Origin: Nitrosomonas europaea
Lineage (GTDB): Bacteria > Pseudomonadota > Gammaproteobacteria > Burkholderiales > Nitrosomonadaceae
NCBI RefSeq assembly: GCF_900167395.1
Contig: NZ_FUWK01000006.1
Span: forward strand, 45,410-77,409
Reading direction: 5' to 3'
DNA length: 32,000 nt
In this document: positions 9,946 to 19,050 of the stretch, in pieces
How the letters are laid out: each line of letters opens with the position of its first letter
How positions within the stretch are numbered: the stretch's first letter is position 1
Position numbers and translations under genes: made by a program
The notes under the pieces: generated by a model
Database searches by the model: none
The model's input: only the letters and a program-made list of their open reading frames with translations
What the model was told of the DNA's origin: nothing

Positions 9946-10788
9946 TCAGTTCTTACCTGAGCTCTGCTCAACAAGAGCTGTATTAACAACCCCGGCAGAT
10001 GCACTCTTTTGCATCTCTGCAACCCATTGGGTATATTTTTCTTGCTCCATGACTTCAACAACTATTGGCATAAAACCATGCTCTTTACCACACAGCTCAG
10101 CACACTGACCACGATATACCCCAGGTTTTTCAACCTTGAACCATGCATCACGAATATATCCGGGTATGGCATCCTGCTTTACGCCGAGAGCGGGTACCCA
10201 CCAAGCGTGAATCACATCATTTGCCGTCATAAGAATTCTAATTTTTTTCCCGGTCGGAACCACTACACGATTGTTTACTTCCAGTAAATAATCCTGCCCT
10301 TTGGTTGCCTCGTTACGAATCTGATCCTGAGGTGTAGATAACTGACTGTAGAAACTGATTCCCTCACCCTCACCCTGGATATAGTCATAGCCCCACATCC
10401 ATTGATAGCCCGTAGCTTTGATGGTGACATCCGCCTCACTCGTATCCTTCATTTCGATTACAGTTTTGGTAGCGGGCCATGACATTGCAACCAGAATCAA
10501 TATTGGAATAGTCGTCCATATAAACTCAATAGCCGTACTATGATGAAAATTGGCTGCTTTATAACCTACTGATTTACGATGTTTAATAATGGAATAACCC
10601 ATTACGCCAAAAACACCTATAAAAATTACCAGACAGATCCATAACGCCATCATATGCTGATCATAGATTTGTTGCGCAATAGGTGTCTGCGGCTCAGGCA
10701 AGTTGTACTTACTTGACATTGCCATGCCCGAATATAAACCAAGAACTGTAAAACCTGATAGTGCCGCCATCAACTTACTACCACTCAT
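9946..10788 (-). CDS. coxB: cytochrome c oxidase subunit II (no fused cytochrome c domain)
   Basis: It is 280 aa with two N-terminal TMs. The CuA site is HAWWVPALG…CAELCGKEHGFMP. Confidence 0.95.
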   Translation of the reverse strand: MSGSKLMAALSGFTVLGLYSGMAMSSKYNLPEPQTPIAQQIYDQHMMALWICLVIFIGVFGVMGYSIIKHRKSVGYKAANFHHSTAIEFIWTTIPILILVAMSWPATKTVIEMKDTSEADVTIKATGYQWMWGYDYIQGEGEGISFYSQLSTPQDQIRNEATKGQDYLLEVNNRVVVPTGKKIRILMTANDVIHAWWVPALGVKQDAIPGYIRDAWFKVEKPGVYRGQCAELCGKEHGFMPIVVEVMEQEKYTQWVAEMQKSASAGVVNTALVEQSSGKN

Positions 10789-10948
10789 ATCTTACCCCCC
10801 CACATTAATTACTAAATCAATATCTACATTCCATCTGTGACCATAGAATGTTTTCTACACTTATCCTTCGCCCTTACCGGCTTTTATTTGATCTTTCACC
10901 CGAGCATAAATAGATATAAAAACCGGGTGACAGTTTTTCGGGGAATCT

Positions 10949-10964
10949 TAGCATTCGAATGCTA
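10949..10964. repeat. perfect 16-bp palindrome TAGCATTCGAATGCTA
   Basis: It was read directly from the sequence. It lies in the 467-bp coxB / yccA divergent spacer, 8 nt upstream of an AAGGAGG motif. Confidence 0.9.
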
Positions 10965-11168
10965 CCAGCACAAGGAGGAAAATCATGATTCTTATAGAAA
11001 AATTACCACGCTGCTGCCATGGGAATTAATTACTTTTTCACATCGTGGAAAATTTTTTGTGCCGGCAATTTCTGCATACCACGCCCGCTCGGGTGGATTT
11101 AGCTTGCCCTTGGATATTGCACACAAACCCATAAAAACTATTTCCATATCATGGTTATTGGTTTGTGT

Positions 11169-11186
11169 ATTTGGTTCGAACCAAAT
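11169..11186. repeat. perfect 18-bp palindrome ATTTGGTTCGAACCAAAT (candidate operator)
   Basis: It was read directly from the sequence. It has the same TTCGAA centre as the 16-bp palindrome. It abuts a possible -35/-10 pair (TTGCAA 11186-11191, 17-bp spacer, TAGTCT 11209-11214) about 70 nt upstream of the yccA ATG. Confidence 0.9.
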
Positions 11187-11255
11187 TGCAACTTTAACGT
11201 TCTCAAGGTAGTCTAGTTTGTCCTGTTTCTTAAATTTCAGAAGGAAATAAAAAAC

Positions 11256-11951
11256 ATGCAATTTAACCCCAAATATGCAACTCCTGTATCAAACACCGTT
11301 AATTCGGGCGTACGCAACAAAGTATTGAAAAATACTTACCTGATGCTTAGTTTAACCATGATTCCGACTATAGTCGGGTCAGTCATTGGCACCGGTACCA
11401 ATTTCTCATTCCTGGCACAATCCCCAATTGTGGGTTCACTCGTAATGCTGGCGGTAATGATAGGTTTAATGTTTGCCGTCAGCGCTACACGCAACAGTAT
11501 GTGGGGAATCATTCTGCTTTTCCTGTTTACCTTTGTTGCCGGCTGGTGGTTAGGTCCCTTGCTTCAGTACGCACTCCATTTCAAAAATGGCTCACAACTG
11601 ATTGGCCTGGCTGCTGCAGGAACAGGTATCATTTTTTTCACGCTTGCCGGTATAGCCACAACCACACGTAAAGACTTTAGTTTTCTTGGCAATTTTTTGC
11701 TGGCTGGGATAATTCTGGTAATTTTGGCTTCTCTGGTCAATTTGTTCCTGGCCATTCCGGCAATTTCACTGGCAATTTCTGCCGTAGCAGTATTGGTTTT
11801 CTCCGGATTCATCCTGTTTGATGTGAACCGTATCGTAAATGGCGGTGAAACCAATTACGTCATGGCAACATTGGGTATTTATCTCAGCCTGTATAATTTG
11901 TTCATCAGCCTGATACAGTTGCTGCTGGCCTTTTTAGGTGAAAAAGACTGA
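11256..11951 (+). CDS. yccA: BAX inhibitor-1/YccA family membrane protein
   Basis: It is a 231-aa, 7-TM protein with the typical Bax1-I family layout. AAGGA lies upstream of the ATG. The 3' end overlaps the longest copA ORF by 14 nt. Confidence 0.85.
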   Translation: MQFNPKYATPVSNTVNSGVRNKVLKNTYLMLSLTMIPTIVGSVIGTGTNFSFLAQSPIVGSLVMLAVMIGLMFAVSATRNSMWGIILLFLFTFVAGWWLGPLLQYALHFKNGSQLIGLAAAGTGIIFFTLAGIATTTRKDFSFLGNFLLAGIILVILASLVNLFLAIPAISLAISAVAVLVFSGFILFDVNRIVNGGETNYVMATLGIYLSLYNLFISLIQLLLAFLGEKD

Positions 11952-14370
11952 AGTTGACCACCTGGATGGGAAATTGAATACACCCTCATCACCAACAACA
12001 ATTGAATTACCCATCGAGGGAATGACATGCGCTGCATGCGCTGCCCGGATCGAGAAAAATCTCAACAAACTGCCGGGCGTGCATGCAGCTGTCAATTTTG
12101 CCAATGAGAAAGCCCTCATAAAGTTCGATCACGATTCCACCCACCCTGAAGAGCTGGTTCAATCCATCGAAAAGGCAGGATTCCAGGTCCCGGAACAGAC
12201 CGTACAGCTGCAAATCAGCGGCATGACTTGTGCCGCATGCGCAAATCGTATCGAAACTGTCCTGAATGAGATACCCGGAGTCAGAGCCATATTGAATCCG
12301 GCTGCAGAAATTGCTTATATCAGCTTCAATCCCGCCATTACTTCGGTCGAGCAACTGGTTTCTGCTGTAGAAAAGGCAGGTTATGGCGCTAATCAGATCA
12401 GTGATGACAATTACGTTAAAGAACAATCCCGCAATCAAGCTGCCTACCGGAAAGAACTCCGTATATTCTGGATCTCTGCCGCCCTGACTGTACCCTTCAT
12501 GCTGGAAATGATCATGATGCTGACGGGTAATCACAACAACCTGCTCCCTTACTGGCTGCAATGGCTGCTTGCAACGCTGATCCAGTTTTGGCCCGGCAGG
12601 CGTTTCTATATCAGCGCCTGGCGCACACTGCGTGGCGGAGGAGCCAATATGGATGTACTCATCGCACTGGGTACCAGCATGGCCTATCTCTTCAGCACCG
12701 CCGTCATCATTTTGCAACTGGACCAGCATGTTTACTTTGAGGCCAGCGCGATGATCATCACGCTCGTGCTTCTGGGCAAGCTGATGGAAACCAGAGCAAA
12801 AAGAAAAACTTCAGCAGCCATTGAAACACTCATCAAACTTCAGCCCAAAACGGCCAGAGTCGAACGTGATGGGGAAATTATCGAGATCGATATCAATAGC
12901 CTTAAGAATGAGGATATTTTTCTTGTCCGCTCGGGCGAAAGCCTGCCCGCCGATGGCATCGTCATTGAAGGATCTTCCAGCATAAACGAAGCCATGTTGA
13001 CAGGTGAAAGCCAGCCGGTTACCAAGCAGGTGGGCGCAAAGGTTTATGCCGCTACCCAGAATCAGCATGGTTTACTCAAATGCCGTGTAACGGGTGTCGG
13101 TAAAAATACCCAGCTTGCAGCCATCATTCGTCTGGTTGAGATTGCACAGGGCTCTAAAGCACCTATCCAGCGTATGGCAGATACTGTCTCTGGTATTTTT
13201 GTACCAATTGTAATTGGTATCAGCATTCTGACATTGGGACTAACCTGGTGGCTTACAGGCCATTTCGTCATAGCACTCATCAATGCAGTAGCAGTACTGG
13301 TTATTGCTTGCCCTTGCGCACTGGGTCTGGCCACTCCTACTGCAATCATGGTTGGCACAGGAAGAGGAGCACAAGAAGGAATTCTGGTAAAAAACGCGAC
13401 CGCACTGGAACTCGCAGAAAAAATCCAGATGCTTGTTGTAGATAAAACAGGGACGCTGACCGAAGGCCATCCATCAGTCACAGATATTATCGTGGCCGAT
13501 GAGGTGAATGAGCACGATTTATTACAGATTGCAGCTTCACTGGAACAAGGCTCTGAACACCCCCTGGCAAAGGCGGTATCGCAATATGCTTCTTCATCAA
13601 AAATCAGATTATTGGCGATAACCAATTTTGCCTCTGTGACCGGCAGCGGAATCAAAGCGGATATCGACAATGCATCTTACATTCTTGGTTCACCCAAATT
13701 TTTGGCAGAAAAAGGTGCTGTGCTCGATCAGCAGCGTATCACTGCACTCCAGACAGAAGGTAAAACCGTCGTGGGTGTCGCTATCCAAATTAATGAATCA
13801 GTCCGGGTAATCGGCTATCTTGCCATTGCGGATTCACTACGCGAAACTTCCATCAAAGCAATTCAACGCATCCAGAATCTGGGCATAGATGTCATGATGC
13901 TGACAGGTGACAACCCGACTACGGCTGCCGCCATCGCAAAACAGGCGGGAATAAAAATTTTTCATGCAGAAGTTTCGCCTCAGAATAAAGCAGCCGAAAT
14001 CGAAAAAATCAAGGCAAATGGCCAGTTTGTCGGGATGGTAGGAGATGGAATCAATGATGCACCTGCACTGGCAGCCGCGAATGTGAGTTTTGCGATTGGT
14101 GCTGGATCAGATATAGCAATTGAAGCCGCTGACATTACATTGATGCGCAATGATCTGATGAGTGTTGCGGATGCCATCTCACTATCGCGCAGCACACTGC
14201 ACAAAATCCGGCAGAATCTGTTTTTTGCATTCTTTTATAATATTTTAGGTATTCCACTGGCAGCAGCAGGTATGCTAAGCCCCGTAATTGCAGGTGCAGC
14301 AATGGCAATGAGTTCGGTATCAGTCATTACCAATTCATTACTGTTGAAACGCTGGCGTGCAGGCGTTTAA
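11938..14370 (+). CDS. copA: copper-translocating P1B-type ATPase
   Basis: It is up to 810 aa. It has two N-terminal HMA domains (GMTCAAC twice), the TM CPC motif (ACPCALGLATP), DKTGTLT and GDGINDAP. The start is uncertain: GTG at 11938 or TTG at 11974, with no in-frame ATG before the first HMA domain. Confidence 0.95.
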   Translation: MKKTEVDHLDGKLNTPSSPTTIELPIEGMTCAACAARIEKNLNKLPGVHAAVNFANEKALIKFDHDSTHPEELVQSIEKAGFQVPEQTVQLQISGMTCAACANRIETVLNEIPGVRAILNPAAEIAYISFNPAITSVEQLVSAVEKAGYGANQISDDNYVKEQSRNQAAYRKELRIFWISAALTVPFMLEMIMMLTGNHNNLLPYWLQWLLATLIQFWPGRRFYISAWRTLRGGGANMDVLIALGTSMAYLFSTAVIILQLDQHVYFEASAMIITLVLLGKLMETRAKRKTSAAIETLIKLQPKTARVERDGEIIEIDINSLKNEDIFLVRSGESLPADGIVIEGSSSINEAMLTGESQPVTKQVGAKVYAATQNQHGLLKCRVTGVGKNTQLAAIIRLVEIAQGSKAPIQRMADTVSGIFVPIVIGISILTLGLTWWLTGHFVIALINAVAVLVIACPCALGLATPTAIMVGTGRGAQEGILVKNATALELAEKIQMLVVDKTGTLTEGHPSVTDIIVADEVNEHDLLQIAASLEQGSEHPLAKAVSQYASSSKIRLLAITNFASVTGSGIKADIDNASYILGSPKFLAEKGAVLDQQRITALQTEGKTVVGVAIQINESVRVIGYLAIADSLRETSIKAIQRIQNLGIDVMMLTGDNPTTAAAIAKQAGIKIFHAEVSPQNKAAEIEKIKANGQFVGMVGDGINDAPALAAANVSFAIGAGSDIAIEAADITLMRNDLMSVADAISLSRSTLHKIRQNLFFAFFYNILGIPLAAAGMLSPVIAGAAMAMSSVSVITNSLLLKRWRAGV

Positions 14371-14401
14371 TACACTCTTCTCTTTTTTACAAGGAATTTT
14401 T

Positions 14402-14611
14402 ATGCCGACGACCATTGTTCATATCAAAGGAATGTTCTGCGGAGGTTGTGTCAGCAGCATCAAGACCGTATTGGGAAAAATACCAGGAGTCAACAGTGTC
14501 GAAGTATCTCTCAATGATGGGCAGGCAGTGATTCAACACGATGAGTCTCTCAAAGAGGAAGTTGTCAACCAGGCAATAGAAGGTGCCGGGTTCGAGGTAG
14601 TCAAACAGTAA
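14402..14611 (+). CDS. copZ: CopZ-like heavy-metal-associated domain protein
   Basis: It is 69 aa, MPTTIVHIKGMFCGGCVSSIKTVL…, with the MxCxxC HMA motif. AAGGA lies upstream of the ATG at 14402. The track start at 14357 is a GTG inside the copA 3' end. Confidence 0.85.
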   Translation: MPTTIVHIKGMFCGGCVSSIKTVLGKIPGVNSVEVSLNDGQAVIQHDESLKEEVVNQAIEGAGFEVVKQ

Positions 14612-14765
14612 ATTCCCTTACAGGTATTTATTGACCTCTCTGTACTCCGTTGCATGCAGCGGAGGTGCTGCAACATTCTGCTTATAAATAGTTCTCTGTC
14701 CGTCTCAAGCATGAACGATACGGGCCAAATCCTGTATCATCGCGCTTTTAACCAAATCCGCTGGC

Positions 14766-15734
14766 ATGAAAATCGTCTTTCTGGACTTTGAAAAAGGTAT
14801 TGAAGAATTTGAGGCAAAAATAGAGCAGTTACGCTTTGCCCAGGATAATTCCGCGCTGGATATCTCAGCCGAAATTGCCCGTCTGCAGACAAAAAGCCTG
14901 GGGTTGACCAAAAGTGTCTATGCAAAACTCACACCCTGGCAGATTTCACAAGTGGCACGTCATCCGCAACGTCCATATACACTTGATTATGTACAACATC
15001 TGTTTACGGACTTCGAGGAGCTGCATGGTGACAGAAATTTTGCAGATGATCAGGCTATCGTAGGCGGATTGGCACGATTCAACGGACAGACCGTCATGAT
15101 TATCGGGCACCAGAAAGGCCGGGATACTAAGGAAAAAATTCACCGTAATTTTGGTATGCCCAAACCCGAGGGATATCGAAAAGCGCTCCGGCTGATGCGT
15201 CTGGCTGAAAAATTCTCAATCCCGCTGATCACGTTTATTGACACTCCAGGTGCTTACCCAGGAATAGATGCTGAAGAACGCGGGCAATCGGAGGCCATCG
15301 GCAAAAATCTGTATGTCATGGCGGGACTGAGAATCCCCATTATCTGCGTTATCATCGGTGAAGGCGGGTCGGGAGGTGCATTGGCAATTGCCGTAGGTGA
15401 TACCAGTCTGATGTTGCAATATTCGACCTATTCAGTCATCTCACCCGAGGGATGTGCTTCCATTTTATGGAAAAGCGCAGATAAAGCATCCGATGCAGCC
15501 GAGATACTGGGTATCACCGCAGATCGGCTCAAAGAAATGGGTTTGATCGATAGCATCATTCCAGAACCCATTGGTGGTGCGCACCGCGACTACCCGGTAG
15601 TAATGCAGTCTGTCAAACAGACCTTACAGGAATCACTGCGAAAACTGCAGGATATTCCTTTGGAGACATTGCTGCAGAAACGCCTTGATCGGCTGTTGGG
15701 ATATGGCAGATTCAAAATCAATCAGCCCGACTGA
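14766..15734 (+). CDS. accA: acetyl-CoA carboxylase carboxyltransferase alpha subunit
   Basis: It is 322 aa, [23 protein letters not shown]…DTPGAYPG…[10 protein letters not shown]…, which are canonical AccA motifs. Confidence 0.96.
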   Translation: MKIVFLDFEKGIEEFEAKIEQLRFAQDNSALDISAEIARLQTKSLGLTKSVYAKLTPWQISQVARHPQRPYTLDYVQHLFTDFEELHGDRNFADDQAIVGGLARFNGQTVMIIGHQKGRDTKEKIHRNFGMPKPEGYRKALRLMRLAEKFSIPLITFIDTPGAYPGIDAEERGQSEAIGKNLYVMAGLRIPIICVIIGEGGSGGALAIAVGDTSLMLQYSTYSVISPEGCASILWKSADKASDAAEILGITADRLKEMGLIDSIIPEPIGGAHRDYPVVMQSVKQTLQESLRKLQDIPLETLLQKRLDRLLGYGRFKINQPD

Positions 15735-17079
15735 TATAACCGACTGCTTCTTCCACAATCTGCGCGCACAAGTCCGGCCTGGTGATCGCCTTACAGTTGC
15801 CCTCAGTGGCGGCGTGGATTCAGTAGTATTACTCCACCTGCTCACAACGTTTTCAGAATCAATGCAGCTGGAGGTATCAGCAGTCCACGTCGAACATGGT
15901 ATCAGTACATACTCGGGTGAATGGAGTGCTTTTTGCCAGTCGCTTTGTGACAGCCTCGCCATACCGCTATCCATACACCGTTTAAAGATCCGCAGACGGC
16001 CACAGGAAAGTCTGGAAGCCATTGCCAGAGAAGCTCGCTATCAGATCTTCAAGCATATCCAGGCAGACTATGTCATGCTGGCCCAGCATCAGGATGATCA
16101 GGTCGAGACGCTGATACTGCAACTGCTGCGGGGTGCCGGCGTCAAGGGGCTTAGTGCTATGCCAACAGTCAGATTACTTGAACCGGGCAAAACGATCAGG
16201 CTATTCAGGCCTTTACTCAATATTCCGCGCTCGGAAATTCTGAATTATGCCAGGTTGCATGGTTTGTCATGGGTTACCGACGAAAGCAACCTGGATACAT
16301 CCTATGATCGTAATTTTTTACGACACCAGATTCTACCTTTACTGGAACAGCGCTCCCCCGCTTACCGCAAGACACTGTTCCGATCCACCCAACACCTTGG
16401 TGAAGCCGCTCATTTACTGGATGAGCTGGCGGAAATCGATGCTGAAAATACGCTGGTTACCAACAGATTAAGCCTGCAAGGGTTGCGCAAACTCGAACCT
16501 GCCCGTGCCAGAAATTTACTGCGTTATCTGCTGGCACAGCGCTTGATTCGATTACCAAATTCAACAAAACTCGAAGAAATTCTGCGTCAGTTGAATAACA
16601 TCCAGCCCGACAACCACTTCCGGTTTATAGTGGATACTCTCGAAATTCGCTGCCACCGCGGGTTGATCGAATTTTTGCCTGCTGATTCATTGCCGGAACC
16701 AATCGCACCCGTAGTCTGGCAAGGTGAACAGCATCTGGTTATAGAATCATTGCAAGGCGTGCTCAAGTTTACACGGCAAAACAATATGGGAATCGATCCA
16801 GCCAGGTTGAGCGGGCAGATCGTGACGATCCGATCGAGATCCGGGGGAGAACGATTTCAGCCGGATTGTAAACGCCCCCGCCGCAGCCTGAAGAAAATCC
16901 TGCAGGAAGCTGCGCTTGCTCCATGGGTGCGCAATACTTTGCCACTACTGTTCTGCGAAGATCAGCTCGTCTGGGTAGCCGGAATCGGTATCGACTGTAA
17001 CTTCCAGATCTCGGAAGGAAGCACCGGACTGGTTGTAGCCTGGCACCCCAGCCAGATCAACCAGGTCTCGACTCACTGA
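15703..17079 (+). CDS. tilS: tRNA(Ile)-lysidine synthase
   Basis: It carries the PP-loop SGGVDS near the N-terminus. It follows accA, a conserved pairing, and overlaps it by 32 nt. The ATG at 15703 is preferred to the TTG at 15685. Confidence 0.9.
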   Translation: MADSKSISPTDITDCFFHNLRAQVRPGDRLTVALSGGVDSVVLLHLLTTFSESMQLEVSAVHVEHGISTYSGEWSAFCQSLCDSLAIPLSIHRLKIRRRPQESLEAIAREARYQIFKHIQADYVMLAQHQDDQVETLILQLLRGAGVKGLSAMPTVRLLEPGKTIRLFRPLLNIPRSEILNYARLHGLSWVTDESNLDTSYDRNFLRHQILPLLEQRSPAYRKTLFRSTQHLGEAAHLLDELAEIDAENTLVTNRLSLQGLRKLEPARARNLLRYLLAQRLIRLPNSTKLEEILRQLNNIQPDNHFRFIVDTLEIRCHRGLIEFLPADSLPEPIAPVVWQGEQHLVIESLQGVLKFTRQNNMGIDPARLSGQIVTIRSRSGGERFQPDCKRPRRSLKKILQEAALAPWVRNTLPLLFCEDQLVWVAGIGIDCNFQISEGSTGLVVAWHPSQINQVSTH

Positions 17080-17134
17080 TATGGCAACGACCCCGATGAT
17101 TGGTAGTACCAGCTTTACAGGAGAAACAGAGCGT

Positions 17135-18049
17135 ATGCCAGATCGGACGACCCCAATAAAAATTCTGCTCTTTGGCAAGAACGGTCAGGTTGGCTGGGAG
17201 CTGCAGCGCAGTCTGGCTCCGCTAGGGGAGTTGATTGCTCCGGACAAACAGGACTTGCGCTATTGTGGTGATCTGGCAGACTTAGCAGGGATTACTCATA
17301 CACTGCAAACCATCCGTCCTGACATCATTGTCAATGCAGCAGCATATACCGCAGTTGACCAGGCAGAAAGTGAACCGGAGCTGGCCTTTCGTATCAATGC
17401 CGAGGCACCCGAATTACTGGCGCAGCAGGCTGAACAAATTGGAGCCTGGTTGATTCATTACTCTACCGATTACGTATTCAACGGCAATGGTAATTGTCCC
17501 TGGCAGGAAACAGACCTTACTTCACCTATCAATATTTATGGCCTGAGTAAATTACGGGGAGAAGAACAGATCCGAAAATCAAACTGCAAATATATGATCC
17601 TGCGTACCAGTTGGGTCTATGCCGCTCGCGGAAAGAATTTCATCAAAACTATTTTGCGACTTGCCCGGGAAAAAGAACAACTGACGATCATCGATGATCA
17701 GATCGGGGCGCCTACCGGAGCAGAACTACTGGCTGATATAACAGCTCAGGCCATTCCACAACTATTGGAATACCCTGATAAATCAGGCGTTTATCATGTT
17801 GCTGCCAGCGAGGAAGTCTCCTGGTACAGCTATGCCCGGTTTTTACTGGACTTTGCCCGTGAACACGATATTCCGATCAAGGTCCACCCGGATGCAGTCA
17901 TCCCGGTTCACAGCGAAGCTTTTGTCACGGCAGCCAGGCGTCCCTTGAACTCACGTCTGAATACAGAGAAATTCTGTAATACGTTCCAGCTTTGTCTTCC
18001 TCACTGGCAAACCGGAGTAACTCGGGTGCTCGAAGAAATTTACCTGTGA
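17135..18049 (+). CDS. rfbD: dTDP-4-dehydrorhamnose reductase
   Basis: The sequence …KILLFGKNGQVGWELQRSL… shows the Rossmann GxxGxxG, and …STDYVFNG… and …YGLSKLRGE… give the YxxxK. The ATG at 17135 has AGGAG upstream and is preferred to 17081, which would add an atypical 18-aa extension. Confidence 0.88.
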   Translation: MPDRTTPIKILLFGKNGQVGWELQRSLAPLGELIAPDKQDLRYCGDLADLAGITHTLQTIRPDIIVNAAAYTAVDQAESEPELAFRINAEAPELLAQQAEQIGAWLIHYSTDYVFNGNGNCPWQETDLTSPINIYGLSKLRGEEQIRKSNCKYMILRTSWVYAARGKNFIKTILRLAREKEQLTIIDDQIGAPTGAELLADITAQAIPQLLEYPDKSGVYHVAASEEVSWYSYARFLLDFAREHDIPIKVHPDAVIPVHSEAFVTAARRPLNSRLNTEKFCNTFQLCLPHWQTGVTRVLEEIYL

Positions 18050-18068
18050 AATGCGTGCTGATATAACA

Positions 18069-19022
18069 TTATCGCATAAACCATGTGAATCTGGTTTCAG
18101 ACAGGAAATCTGTTGCCACCCGGCCGATCCGCCTGGCAAAGCGCTCTGCAATCCCCTGCTGGACGGTAAAATCGACGATACGTTCAGCCTGAATGACTTC
18201 ACGAGCAACATAATCCGCATTACCCAATGCATCCGCCAAGCCAAGCTCCACACTTTTAGCTCCCGTCCACACCATACCGCTGAAAACTTCAGGATTGTCT
18301 TTCAAGCGATCCCCTCTGCCGTCCTGAACCACCTGAATAAACTGCTGATGGATTTCAGCCAGTATTTTCTTTGCATGCTCTCTTTGTGCCGGATCGGAGG
18401 GTGAAAAAGGATCGAGAAATCCCTTGTTTTCCCCTGCTGTCAGGAGACGACGTTCCACACCCAGTTTTTCAAGCGTACCGGTAAATCCGAATCCATCCAT
18501 CAGCACACCGATCGATCCCATGACACTGGCCTTATCCACAAAGATTTTATCTGCTGCAACAGCAACATAATAGCCACCCGAAGCACAGATATCCTCGACT
18601 ACGGCGTATAAGGGAATATCTGGATACCGGATACGCAACCGACGAATTTCATCATTGATGGAGCCTGCCTGAACCGGGCTCCCTCCGGGACTGTTAATCC
18701 GCAATATCACTCCAGCTGTATTCCGGTCTTCAAATGCTTTTTTCAGCCCGTTATTGATATTTTCTGCATTATTCAAACCATCTGGGGCGATCTCGCCGCG
18801 TAAATCAACCAATGCAGTATGCTTTCCAGTCCCTCCTGCCACTTCAGTATCCAGCCAGCCCAATCCCCAGAAAAGCAGCACAAACAAGTAGGAGAACGTC
18901 AGCAAACGAAAAAAAATACCCCAGTTACGAGCTTTTCTCTGTTCTTTCAGAGAAGTGAACACTAACTCCCGCAGCGTTTCATGTTCCCATTTTTCCTTAT
19001 TGATATTTTCTGTATCAGCCAT
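18069..19022 (-). CDS. sppA: signal peptide peptidase SppA, 36K type (S49)
   Basis: It is 317 aa with an N-terminal TM and S49 motifs (…INSPGGS…, …ICASGGYYVAVAADKIF…). Confidence 0.9.
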   Translation of the reverse strand: MADTENINKEKWEHETLRELVFTSLKEQRKARNWGIFFRLLTFSYLFVLLFWGLGWLDTEVAGGTGKHTALVDLRGEIAPDGLNNAENINNGLKKAFEDRNTAGVILRINSPGGSPVQAGSINDEIRRLRIRYPDIPLYAVVEDICASGGYYVAVAADKIFVDKASVMGSIGVLMDGFGFTGTLEKLGVERRLLTAGENKGFLDPFSPSDPAQREHAKKILAEIHQQFIQVVQDGRGDRLKDNPEVFSGMVWTGAKSVELGLADALGNADYVAREVIQAERIVDFTVQQGIAERFARRIGRVATDFLSETRFTWFMR

Positions 19023-19050
19023 GAATATCGATCATCCTTTCCCTGTTAGT

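Noticed and set aside
10837-11211. A 124-codon + strand ORF filling most of the coxB-yccA spacer. That length is unusual for AT-rich non-coding DNA.
   Set aside because: It has no in-frame ATG anywhere, and its only start is a GTG with no Shine-Dalgarno. It has no recognisable domain. It runs through both perfect palindromes and the better-supported mini-ORF, which is in another frame. I cannot fully exclude a degraded or frameshifted gene. Conservation analysis would settle it.
10992-11261. An 89-aa - strand ORF in the same spacer.
   Set aside because: It has a TTG start overlapping the yccA start codon and no SD at that or the internal ATG. It is probably a mirror of the open + frame.
12007-13670. 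Long antisense ORFs inside copA (240 aa, 202 aa and several of 61-85 aa).
   Set aside because: copA is intact with all P1B-ATPase motifs. The antisense frames are Ala/Ser/Gly/Cys-rich translations with no motifs, as is typical of the opposite strand of a biased coding region.
18051-18404. A 117-aa + strand ORF after rfbD.
   Set aside because: It lies entirely antisense to the well-supported sppA gene and has no motifs.
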